A DNA stretch of 64,000 bases from Alphaproteobacteria bacterium (lineage in GTDB: Bacteria > Pseudomonadota > Alphaproteobacteria > SHVV01). Within the stretch, counting starts at the first letter, position 1, and each line of letters starts with the position of its first letter. The stretch spans positions 2,040,752 to 2,104,751 of the forward strand of contig CBDHDJ010000004.1 in assembly GCA_965261645.1 (NCBI GenBank). Reading direction: 5' to 3'. A program made the position numbers and the translations under genes. The notes under the pieces are model-generated. The model had not been told where the DNA came from, made no database searches, and was given only the letters and a program-made list of their open reading frames with translations. This document shows, piece after piece, positions 9,080 through 18,369 of the stretch.

Positions 9080-10303
9080 ATGACGCATAGGGGTGAGGCT
9101 GCGGCTGTGCCGCGCACGCGCTGGGCGATCATCGGGCTGCTCTTCGCCGCGGGCCTGATCAGCGCCATGCAGATCGGTAAGGTGCCGCCGTCGCTGCCCG
9201 ATCTGCGCGTCGATCTTGCCATCGGCATGGTGGGTGCGAGTTGGATCGCGGCGATCTTCACGGTCATCGGCGCGATTGTCGGGATCGGCGCGGGCGCGTT
9301 CAGCGACTGGCTCGGCCATCGCAACATCGTCATCGGCAGCATCGTCTGCATCGCCTTGGGCAGCCTGCTCGGCGCGATGACGGACAGCCTGTCCATCCTG
9401 CTTCTGACCCGCGTGCTGGAAGGCGCGGGCTACATCGGAATTCTGGTGTCGGTGCCCTCGTTCACCGTGGAAGCCTCGCGGCGCGAGGATTACGACTTTA
9501 CCCTCGGCATCATCACACCGTTTCTGCCGGTCGGCTTCTCCGGCATGCTGGTGCTCTCGCCGCTGTTGCTCGAGGCGCATGGCTGGCGCGGCGTCTGGTA
9601 CTTCAATGCGATCGTCGCCGGCATTTTCCTCGTCATCCTCGTTCTCGGCACGCGCAACCTTTCAAGCCTGCCGAGCGCGCGCGCCACGACGACCAAGTTC
9701 AACGTGTCTGAGATCAGGCATGCGGTAGCCCGGCCCGGGCCCTTGGCGCTCGCCATGGCATTCTTCATTTACGGCGCGCAGTGGTTCGGGCTAAGCGCAT
9801 GGTTGCCCACGTTTCTCGTGGAGGATCAGGGCAAGTCCCTCGCAGTCGCCGCGAGCTTGAGCGCTCTCATCATTCTCATCAACGGCGTCGGGAACTTCCT
9901 GGCGGCCTGGCTCATGCGGATCGGCGTGCCGCGCTGGTCCATGCTTGTCGTTGGGCCGGCCGCCATGGCGTTGACCTCGCTGGGGATCTATTCCGCTGAA
10001 GTCGACGGTGACGTGAAGATCGCCTTGGCCATGGCGTTTACCTTCTTGAGCGGCGGCGTGGCGCCAGCGATCTTGGCTTCCGTGCCCGTCCACGCGCCGT
10101 CGCAGGATCAAATCGGCGCCGTCAACGGCATCGTCATGCAGGTCAACAGTCTGGCCTATCTGGTGGCCCCGCCTCTTTTCGCGACCGCCGTGGCGATGAC
10201 GGGGGGCTGGTTCGCCTCGGCGTGGATACAGGTGATCATGGGCATCGTCGGCGTCGCGACGGCGCTTTACCTCCGCCACGTGGAGCAGACCCAGCGAATG
10301 TGA
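9080..10303 (+). CDS. MFS transporter, paralog 2 (407 aa)
   Basis: It has the same length as 7682..8905 and matches it along the whole protein. Confidence 0.65.
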   Translation: MTHRGEAAAVPRTRWAIIGLLFAAGLISAMQIGKVPPSLPDLRVDLAIGMVGASWIAAIFTVIGAIVGIGAGAFSDWLGHRNIVIGSIVCIALGSLLGAMTDSLSILLLTRVLEGAGYIGILVSVPSFTVEASRREDYDFTLGIITPFLPVGFSGMLVLSPLLLEAHGWRGVWYFNAIVAGIFLVILVLGTRNLSSLPSARATTTKFNVSEIRHAVARPGPLALAMAFFIYGAQWFGLSAWLPTFLVEDQGKSLAVAASLSALIILINGVGNFLAAWLMRIGVPRWSMLVVGPAAMALTSLGIYSAEVDGDVKIALAMAFTFLSGGVAPAILASVPVHAPSQDQIGAVNGIVMQVNSLAYLVAPPLFATAVAMTGGWFASAWIQVIMGIVGVATALYLRHVEQTQRM

Positions 10304-10396
10304 GGGTGGTCGGGCGGCCTCGACCCCGGTACACTTGGCGCGACGGAATTCTCCACATTCCGTGTCGCGATGTCAGGGCAGGGGGGAGGCGCACGC

Positions 10397-11718
10397 ATGA
10401 TCAACGCCGACGATATTATCTGGCCGGCGGCCGATTTCAGCCGCGTGCCGTTCGCGGTTTACACCTCGTCCGAGGTCTATGAACGCGAGCAGGAGCGCAT
10501 CTTCCACGGCCCGGTGTGGCTCTATCTCGGCCTGCAGGCGAAAATCCCCGATCCGGGCGACTTTATGCAGACCTACGCGGGCGATACGCCCGTTGTGGTG
10601 TGCCGCGCCGAGGACCGCAGCATTCATGCGTTCATCAACCGTTGCGCCCATCGTGGCTCGCTCGTGGTGCGTGAACTCCGGGGCAACGCCAAGGACTTCA
10701 TGTGTGTCTACCACCACTGGCTCTACAACCTCAAAGGCGAGCTCCTCGGCGTGCCGTTCGAGCGCGGCGTCGGCGGCAAGGGCGGCATGCCCCGAGAATT
10801 CGACAAAGCCAATCACGGCCTCCAGATGTTCCGCGTGGAGACGCACAAGGAGGCGATCTTCGGCACCTTCAGCGATGAGGTCGATGACCTCGACGACTAT
10901 CTAGGCAAGGATATCTGCGCCGGTCTCGACCGCATCTTCTGCAAGCCGAACGTGGTTCTCGGCCATATGCGTCAGCGCTTCCCGTCCAACTGGAAAGCCT
11001 ATCTCGAGAACCTCAACGACGGCTTACACGGCGGACTGCTGCACCAGCTGCCCGTCGTCTTCGGCCTGCACCGCGCGACCCAGGAGGGCGAGTTCCTGCT
11101 CGATCCCTACGCGCGCTACAGCGCCGCCTACGTCTTGTTTAACAGCGACACCGAGCAGGACATTCACGACGGCTATGACGACGATATCCTCGGCGCCCAG
11201 GCCGAGGATCCTTTGATCTTCGCGGATCCCCAATTCCTCAACTACCGCGACGAGCTGGTGATCAGCATTCGGTCACCACGGCGACGGTGTTCCCCAACGT
11301 GCTCATCGCGCAGCTCTCCAACTTCCTCATGACGCGCCAGGTGCGACCCAAGGCGGCCAACGAGTTCGAGCTCTACTGGACCAGCCTCGGCTATGCCGAT
11401 GACGATCCCGAGTTGCGCAACATGCGCCAGCAGCAGGTCGGTTGGATGGGCCCGGGCGGCTGCATCTCATTGGAGGATTCGGAATCCGGCGTGCTGATCC
11501 AACGCGCCGTGCGCCGTCAGGGGGAGGAATATTCGGTCATCGAAATGGGCGGCAAGGGTCCGATCGGGAATCAGGACAGCATGATGACCGAAGTCGCCGT
11601 CCGCGGTTTCTGGCGTTACCACGCGTACATGATGGGCTACAAGCCCGTCGGCGGCTGGCCCAAGGGCTTTCCGCCCAAGCAGCCCAAGGCGAAGGCGAAC
11701 AGAAAAAGGGCGGCGTAG
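10397..11718 (+). pseudogene. Rieske [2Fe-2S] non-heme-iron oxygenase alpha subunit, paralog 1, interrupted by an apparent 1-nt deletion near 11268-11270
   Basis: Rieske motif CAHRG...CVYHHW and iron-site motif NDGLHGGLLH. The frame changes by -1 between ORF 10370..11332 and ORF 11287..11718. Reading att(t)cg restores ...DELVISISVTTATVFPNVLIAQL, which is colinear with paralog 2. ATG 10397 is preceded by GGGGGAGG. Confidence 0.7.
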
Positions 11719-11720
11719 TC

Positions 11721-12557
11721 TCACGCGGGATAGTCGCCGTCGAGGTCTTTCAGGTCCTCCGCCGAGAGATCAACGTTCAGAGCCGCATAGTTGCTCCGCA
11801 GGTGATCCGGGTTCGACGCCTTGGGGATCGATACGATCTCGGGGTGGCGCATGGTCCAGGCGATGGCGATGCACTCCGGCGAGACACCGTGGCGCTCGGC
11901 GACACGCTTGAGCGCCGCCCGCGTTCTCAGTTGTCCTTGATCGAGGGGTGAGTAGGCCATGATAGAGACCCTCTGGTCTCGGCACCAGGGCAACAGATCC
12001 CGCTCGAGATCGCGCCGGCTCAGGCTGTAGACGACCTGGTTCGAGGCGATCGTGCGGCCGAACGGGTGGCTCTCCGCCCGGCGCATGTCGGCGGCGGTGA
12101 AGTTGCTGACCCCGTAATGGCGAATCTTGTGCTCGCGGACAAGCTGGTCGAACGCCTCAAGGGTCTCCTCCAGCGGGTACTGGCCCTTCCAGTGCAGGAG
12201 GTAGAGATCGATGCACTCGGTGGCGAGCCGCCTGAGGCTCCGTTCGGCGGCTTCGATGGTGCCGGTTCGCGAGGCGTTGCTCGCCATCACCTTGGTGACG
12301 AGGAAAATCTCATTGCGCCGGCCCGCCATGGCCTCGGCGACGATCTCCTCGGCGCCACCACCGGCATACATTTCAGCGGTATCGATCAAGGTCATGCCAA
12401 GATCGAGGCCGAGCTTGAGCGCGGCGACCTCCTGGGCCCGCCGCGCCGAATCCTCGCCCATGCGGAAGGTACCGAGGCCAAGCACCGGCATCGCCGCCCC
12501 GCCGCGGATCTCGACGTGGCGAATCGGGGTCCGAGATGCGCCTTGATCAGTCATCAC
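11721..12557 (-). CDS. Aldo/keto reductase family oxidoreductase
   Basis: 278 aa with MPVLGLGTFRMG, LIDTAEMYAGG and LYLLHW, all classic AKR motifs. Confidence 0.8.
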   Translation of the reverse strand: MMTDQGASRTPIRHVEIRGGAAMPVLGLGTFRMGEDSARRAQEVAALKLGLDLGMTLIDTAEMYAGGGAEEIVAEAMAGRRNEIFLVTKVMASNASRTGTIEAAERSLRRLATECIDLYLLHWKGQYPLEETLEAFDQLVREHKIRHYGVSNFTAADMRRAESHPFGRTIASNQVVYSLSRRDLERDLLPWCRDQRVSIMAYSPLDQGQLRTRAALKRVAERHGVSPECIAIAWTMRHPEIVSIPKASNPDHLRSNYAALNVDLSAEDLKDLDGDYPA

Positions 12558-12713
12558 GGTGTCCTCGCGGCCTGGCTTGATCGTGCCAAGACAACTCTAC
12601 TTGGTCTGCGGGGCGGCGGCGAGGGGGCTCAATCCTTATGACTCGCCTCATGGCTGCCGGGCCGATACCATGAGCGGTCGTCAGTCGGATGACTACGCCA
12701 GAGAGGGATGGAG

Positions 12714-14068
12714 ATGATTGCAGCGGACGATCTCGTGTGGCCCAAGGCGGATTTCAGCCGTGTGCCCTTCGCCGTTTATACCTCGCAGGATATTTTCGAA
12801 CGCGAGCAGGAGCGCATCTTCCACGGTCCGGTTTGGCTCTATCTCGGCCTCCAGGCGGAAATCCCCAATCCGGGTGATTTCATCCACACCTACGCCGGCG
12901 ATACGCCCGTCGTCGTGTGCCGCGCCGAGGACGGCACGATTCACGCCTTCATCAACCGCTGCGCCCACCGCGGCTCGCTGGTGGTGCGCGAGCGCCAGGG
13001 CAACGCCAAGGAGTTCATGTGCGTCTACCACCACTGGCTTTACAACCTCAAAGGTGAGCTCCTCGGCGTACCCTTCGAGCGCGGCGTCGGCGGCAAGGGC
13101 GGCATGCCGAAGGATTTCAAGAAGGCCAACCACGGCCTCAAGATGCTCAAGGTCGACACCTACAAGGAAGCGATCTTCGGCACCTTCAGCGATGAGGTTG
13201 AGCCGCTCAAGGAGTATCTCGGGCCGAGCATCCTTGGCGGCCTCGATCGCATCTTCTGCAAGCCGATCGAGATCTTGGGTCACATGCGCCAGCGCTTTCC
13301 GTCCAACTGGAAGGCCTATATCGAAAACCTCAACGATGGCTTCCATGCCGGGCTTTTGCACCAGCTGCCGGTGATCTTCGGCCTCCACCGCAACACCCAG
13401 GACACGCACATGGACCTGGATGAGTGGAAGCGCCACGACTACTTCTACGTCCATTTCGGTAGCGATACCGAGGACATGGTCCAGGAAGGCTACTCCGGCA
13501 CCACGCGCGGCAATCAGTACGACAACCCGATGGTGTTGGCGGACCCGCAGTCCTCAACTATCGCGATGAATGGAAGGACATGGTCTCGGTCGCCGGCGCC
13601 AGCATGTTCCCCTGCTTCCTCGTGGCCCAGCTCTCCAACTTCCTGATGACCCGCCAGGTCCGCCCCAAGGCGCCCAACGAGTTCGAGCTCTACTGGACGG
13701 CGTTCGGCTATGTCGATGACGATCCGGAACTCCGCAACATCCGCCAGCAACAGGTGACCTGGATGGGCTCGGGCGGCTGCATCTCGATCGAGGATTCCGA
13801 ATCCGGCGTCCTCATTCATCGCGCCATCCGCCGCGCGGACCGGGACTACTCCGTAATCGAAATGGGCGGTGTCGGCCCGATCGAGAGCCAGGACAACCAG
13901 ATGACCGAGGTCTGCCTTCGCGGCTTCTGGCGCTATTACGCCTATTTGATGGGCTACGAGCCGGTCGGCGGCTGGCCCAAGGGCTTCCCGCCCAAGAAGG
14001 CCAAGCTCCCGAAACTGATTGGGGGCCGCGCCAAAGTCAACGGCCGCCGGGCTCGCAAGGCCGCCTAA
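12714..14068 (+). pseudogene. Rieske [2Fe-2S] non-heme-iron oxygenase alpha subunit, paralog 2, interrupted by an apparent 1-nt deletion near 13550-13552
   Basis: It carries the same motifs as paralog 1. ...VLADPQ is in frame 0, then (F)LNYRDEWKDMVSVAGASMFPCFLVAQL is in frame -1. Paralog 1 reads cag ttc ctc where this copy reads cag tcc tc. The start at 12714 (MIAADD) parallels MINADD of paralog 1. Confidence 0.7.
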
Positions 14069-14521
14069 GATACCGCCGGCGGCTGGCCGTCAGGCCCCTG
14101 GCGGAAGCTCACGGCCACTCGATTGAAGGCGTTCATCAGCGCTACGGCGTAGGTCGGATCCACGAGCTCCTTGTCGCTGAAGTAGTTCCGCGCCGTGTCA
14201 TAAACGTCGTCCGGCACACGCGAGGTCGCCACCTCGGTCACCGCCTCGGTCCAGTCCAAAGCGGTGCGTTCGCGCTCGGTGTAGAACGGCGCCTCGCCAC
14301 ACGATCACGCTATGAAGCCGGTGTTCGCTTTCGCCGGCCTCGCGCGCTTCTCTGGTGTGGAGATCGACGCAAAAGGCACATCCGTTGATCTGCGAGGCGC
14401 GCAGAAAGATGAGATCGATGAGCGACCTCTCCAGCCCGCAAGTCTGGACATAATGAAGCAAGGTTCCGAGGGTCTTGTACGCTTTCGGACCAAGGGCCTT
14501 ATAGTCGAGCCGTGCGGTCAT
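14065..14521 (-). pseudogene. Carboxymuconolactone decarboxylase (AhpD-like) family protein, frameshifted near 14290-14297
   Basis: ORF 14198..14521 carries the CMD core (INGCAFCVDLH), and ORF 14065..14259 carries the C-terminal part (DWTEAVTEVATS...). The two halves join only after a +1 shift at ...VIVWR/EAPFYTERERTAL. Confidence 0.65.
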
Positions 14522-14668
14522 AGCTGAATTCTCCCTGTTGGGGAATGTGCCTCTCCTTCAGGTTAGGTGGGCGCGACGCTTGGGGCAATCGCAGAAAAGT
14601 GCGTTGCGATTGACACCCGGGATGCGGTTAAACTCATCCCACCGGGAGGCCAGCTAGGGGGTTCGTCA

Positions 14669-15868
14669 ATGGCGCAACGTCACGCGGAGATCGCCGGTGC
14701 CGGCTTTGCCGGCCTGACTGTAGCGGCCGCACTCGCCCAGCGCGGCTGGTCGGTGCGGGTGCACGAGCGCGCGGCCGAGGCGCGCGAGTTTGGCGCCGGA
14801 ATCTGGACCTGGGAGAACGGCGTTCGCGTGCTCAACGCGATTGGCGCGGCCAACGAGGCGTTCGAAGGGGCGCTCCGCATTCCCTCATGGGAGAGCCGCA
14901 ACAAACAGGGCCAGCGCGTCAATTATTTCGAGTTCGGCACCCATGAAACCGGCGGGCGCATCTTCTGCGTGACGCGCCGCCATTTGCACGGCGCGGTGCT
15001 CAACGCTGCGCTGCGATCGGGCGTCGAGGTCGTCACCAGCTCCATGGTGGTGGGCGCCACGCCGGAGGGCAAGCTCCTCATCGAAGGCGGTAAGAACTAC
15101 AAGGCGGACCTCGTGATCGCCGCCGACGGCGTTAGCTCGGGCGTCCGCGATTCGCTGGGGCTGCTCAAGCACCGGCGGCGCCATACCAGCGGCGCCATCC
15201 GCGTCAACGTCGATCGCAGACCGGAAGAGGTGGATCACCCGAAGTGGGGCCGGATCATCGATTTTTGGAACGGCATCCGCCGCGTTGTCTTCACGCCCTG
15301 CAGCGAGGATGTGCTCTATATTGGCTTCTGCGGCCTGGCTGCCGACGAGGAAGGCTTCCGCATCCCTGTCAACAAGAAGGCATGGAGCGAATCCTTCCCC
15401 GATCTGGCCGAGTTCTTCGAGCGCATCCCGGAGAGCGGCCCGGATGCCGGGCGCTGGGATCATTTCGAGACGCTGTGGCTGCACCGCTGGTCGAAGGGGC
15501 GCTGTGCCATCATCGGCGATGCCGCCCACGCTATGTTGCCGGGTCTCGGCCAGGGCTGCGGCACCGCACTCCAGAACGCCCTGAGCCTCGCCACCTGCCT
15601 CGACGAGCACAAGACCATGGAGGAGGCCTTCGCCGCCTGGGAGCAGCGCGAACGGGCGGTGACCGAACATACCCAGCTCTGGTCCTGGACTTCGTGGCCG
15701 CCCATGCGCATCCCCGAACCCATTATCCGGTTTGCCTACGGCCTGCCCATCGTCAAGCCGTGGGCCGCGAAGAACCGCGCCAAGCCGTCGCTCTACACGC
15801 CGCACGGCACCGAAGGTGATGAACGCTGGCTGCCCAAAGAGATGCGCGCCCAGGCGGCGGCGAGCTAA
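14669..15868 (+). CDS. FAD-dependent aromatic-ring monooxygenase (UbiH/salicylate hydroxylase-like)
   Basis: ATG 14669 follows AGGGGG. It has a GAGFAGL dinucleotide-binding motif, DGVSSGVRD, and GDAAHAMLPGLGQG. Confidence 0.75.
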   Translation: MAQRHAEIAGAGFAGLTVAAALAQRGWSVRVHERAAEAREFGAGIWTWENGVRVLNAIGAANEAFEGALRIPSWESRNKQGQRVNYFEFGTHETGGRIFCVTRRHLHGAVLNAALRSGVEVVTSSMVVGATPEGKLLIEGGKNYKADLVIAADGVSSGVRDSLGLLKHRRRHTSGAIRVNVDRRPEEVDHPKWGRIIDFWNGIRRVVFTPCSEDVLYIGFCGLAADEEGFRIPVNKKAWSESFPDLAEFFERIPESGPDAGRWDHFETLWLHRWSKGRCAIIGDAAHAMLPGLGQGCGTALQNALSLATCLDEHKTMEEAFAAWEQRERAVTEHTQLWSWTSWPPMRIPEPIIRFAYGLPIVKPWAAKNRAKPSLYTPHGTEGDERWLPKEMRAQAAAS

Positions 15869-15920
15869 GCCCAAGCCCAACCCCAACCAAGCACGGCCTA
15901 CACGCGCCCGCGCGCGTGGC

Positions 15921-18143
15921 TCAAATGCCCAGGCTTTCGCTTGCCTCGGCAGGCAGGTCGCTGTTCACCGTGCCCCGCCATTCCGGCAGCTCGAAGTAGA
16001 ATGACGTCCCCTCGCCCAACGCAGTCCTGAAATCGATGCGCCCGCCCAGTTGCTCCATGATCTGCCGGCAGATCGCCAACCCAAGGCCGGTTCCGCCTTT
16101 GCGGCGCCTGTCCGACGAATCGGCTTGGGCGAACTTCTCGAATATGTGGGTGCGAAATTTTGGCGGAATGCCGAGGCCGTTGTCGGTCACGGTGACTCGG
16201 ATCTGTTCATTCCGGCGGGTGATGGTGATCGCTACCTGATCCCCCGTGGGCGAGAATTTGGCGGCGTTGGAAAGAAGTTTGGTGAGGACCTGGAGCAGGC
16301 GGTCGCTGTCCGCCCGGACGGTGGCGCCGGCTGCCCGATCCTCGACGGTGAAGAAGACATCAAACTGGCTGGCGAAGGCCTCGTTGGCTTCGATCGACTG
16401 TGTGACGAGCGTGCCAATGTCGAGGACGCCGATGTGATAGTCCATTCGTCCGGATTCGATCTTCTCGATGTCGAGGATGTCGTTGATGAGCCGGATCAAG
16501 CGATCGCAATTGCTGCGCGCGATCCCGACGAGCTCATTCGCCTTTTCAGAAGCGCCCCGGTAACGCCTTCGGCCAGCAATCCGAGAGAGCCGTTGATCGA
16601 GGTCAGCGGAGTGCGCAGCTCGTGACTCACCGTCGAAATGAACTCGTCCTTCAACTGCAAGACCTCTTTGCGCTCGGTGATGTCGTGGGCGGCGGCGTAG
16701 ATCAACTGGATCTCGGGGTTGGCAGTTGCATGCCACGTCAGCCAACGGTAGTTGCCATCCTGACACCGGTAGCGGTTTTCGAACTGCACCGTGACGTGTT
16801 CCCCTACCGCCAGCTTTTGCATCTCCAGCTCGGTTGCTTGACGATCATCGGGGTGGACGAATTCGAGGTAGGGCCGGGTAGCCAGCTCTTTCGCCGAGTA
16901 ACCGAATTTGTTCTGCCAGGCCGGGTTCAGCTTCCGGAAGTACCCGGTGAAGTCGGCGATGCAGAGCAATTCGAGCGAGACATCGAAGAATCCCTTCAGT
17001 TGCTCTGGCGGTCTTTGTCAGCTCTTTCGTTCGCTGCTCGACAAGCCGTTCGACGCTGCGGGTACGGTTCCCGCTGAGCAGCAAATAGGCCGCCAACAAA
17101 ACGGTAAACGCCATCCCGCCGGCCAGGAACCCCCAGGGTTCCCAGTTCGATAAATCGCTCAGAACCGCGCCGTTCGTCCAAGCCTCCATCGTCCAGGTTC
17201 GTCCGCCGACATCGAGCGAGCGGGTGAGAAGCGGATGGTCGAAATTGACGTCCTCGTCGGACTCAAGCTTGAAGTTTGCGGATGCCAGCGACAGGTGCGA
17301 GTGGGAGCGGTAGAGAAGCCGCCGGAGCTCCGGGTTGGTATCGTCATACACGTGGATGTCGAGCCCTTCGCTGCCGCCTGGCTGCTGGTCGAAGCGACCC
17401 ACAAAAGCCTGGTTCATCATGTCGCCGATGCGAAAGACGGCGAGGGCGAATCCCGCCAAATTCTCACGCCGTTGCTCCGTGGTCCCGTGGGGATGCCCTT
17501 TTTGGTATACCGGCGCAAAGATCAGAAGTCCCAGTTTGATCCCCTCATCCTGCACCAGTTTTATTGCGCTGCTGGCCACCATGGCGCCACTGTCGCGCTC
17601 TGTCTCCAGCGTTTCACTGCGGGCGGCGTTGGAGGCGAGGTCGAAACCCAACGCGGCTTCGTTCCCCGTGTAGGGCTCGACGTAGTAGACCGGGAAATAT
17701 TCGTCCCGCCCGCCGGCTGGGACCAACTGGTGCCCCGGCGTCCGTTCCGTGATCTAAAAGCCGGGGAACTCATCCTCGCGCGCGGCCTTTTCATAGTCGG
17801 CGCGCTCGGCCGCTGGAACGCGCGCTACCCACTCGAGGGCCTGAATGCTCGGGTAACGCTCCAACGCAGAGCGCACGAAGGTGCGGAACTCCTGCCGGTC
17901 GACAAAATTGGAGCCTTCGTAGAAGGCGACGATCGAGCGCAGGACTTCCTTGTTGCTTTCGATACGCCGTTCGACCAGATGAACGCGGCTGGACACGACT
18001 TCCTTGAGGCGGGCTTCGATACGGTCGATCTCGTGGACTTTGGCGAGGTGAAACGCCATGGCCGAGAGGGCGCAACCCATGATCACGGCCAAGATCACCG
18101 GTACATGGCGAAGAACGGGATTTTGCCTGAAGCGTGGCATCAC
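15921..18143 (-). pseudogene. CHASE-TM-PAS-HisKA-HATPase sensor histidine kinase, decayed (one in-frame TAG plus two frameshifts)
   Basis: Four consecutive ORF pieces (17754..18143, 16845..17726, 16496..16969, 15921..16766) together make up one kinase: CHASE-like N-terminus, PAS (HDITERK), H-box SHELRTPL, and an ATPase G-box (GGTGLGLAI). Lesions are a TAG at 17754..17756, a frameshift near 16996-17000, and another near 16556-16560. Confidence 0.75.
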
Positions 18144-18369
18144 GGCGCCGAGTGTGACGGCAACCGGTTAGGGTTTGATTACCCCCAATGCGGGGGTCCG
18201 TTACCGATCGGTAAACGAGGATTCGATGCGCGCGGGCGAGGCCCGATTGAAGCTCCCCGGCCAGAAGATCGGCGCCGGTTCAGGCGCCCGCCCCTGATCG
18301 CCGCGTTCTTGCTCCGGGCGGAGGGTGCTTTCCACTACGCCCTTGGTGGCCGCCCCCGCCGACGGCGGA

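Noticed and set aside
11240-11300. Programmed -1 ribosomal frameshifting as the explanation for the two split Rieske genes (see also 13530..13590).
   Set aside because: No X XXY YYZ slippery heptamer is present at either site. The two breaks also lie at different codons of the alignment. A simple 1-nt loss (real or an assembly artefact) explains both.
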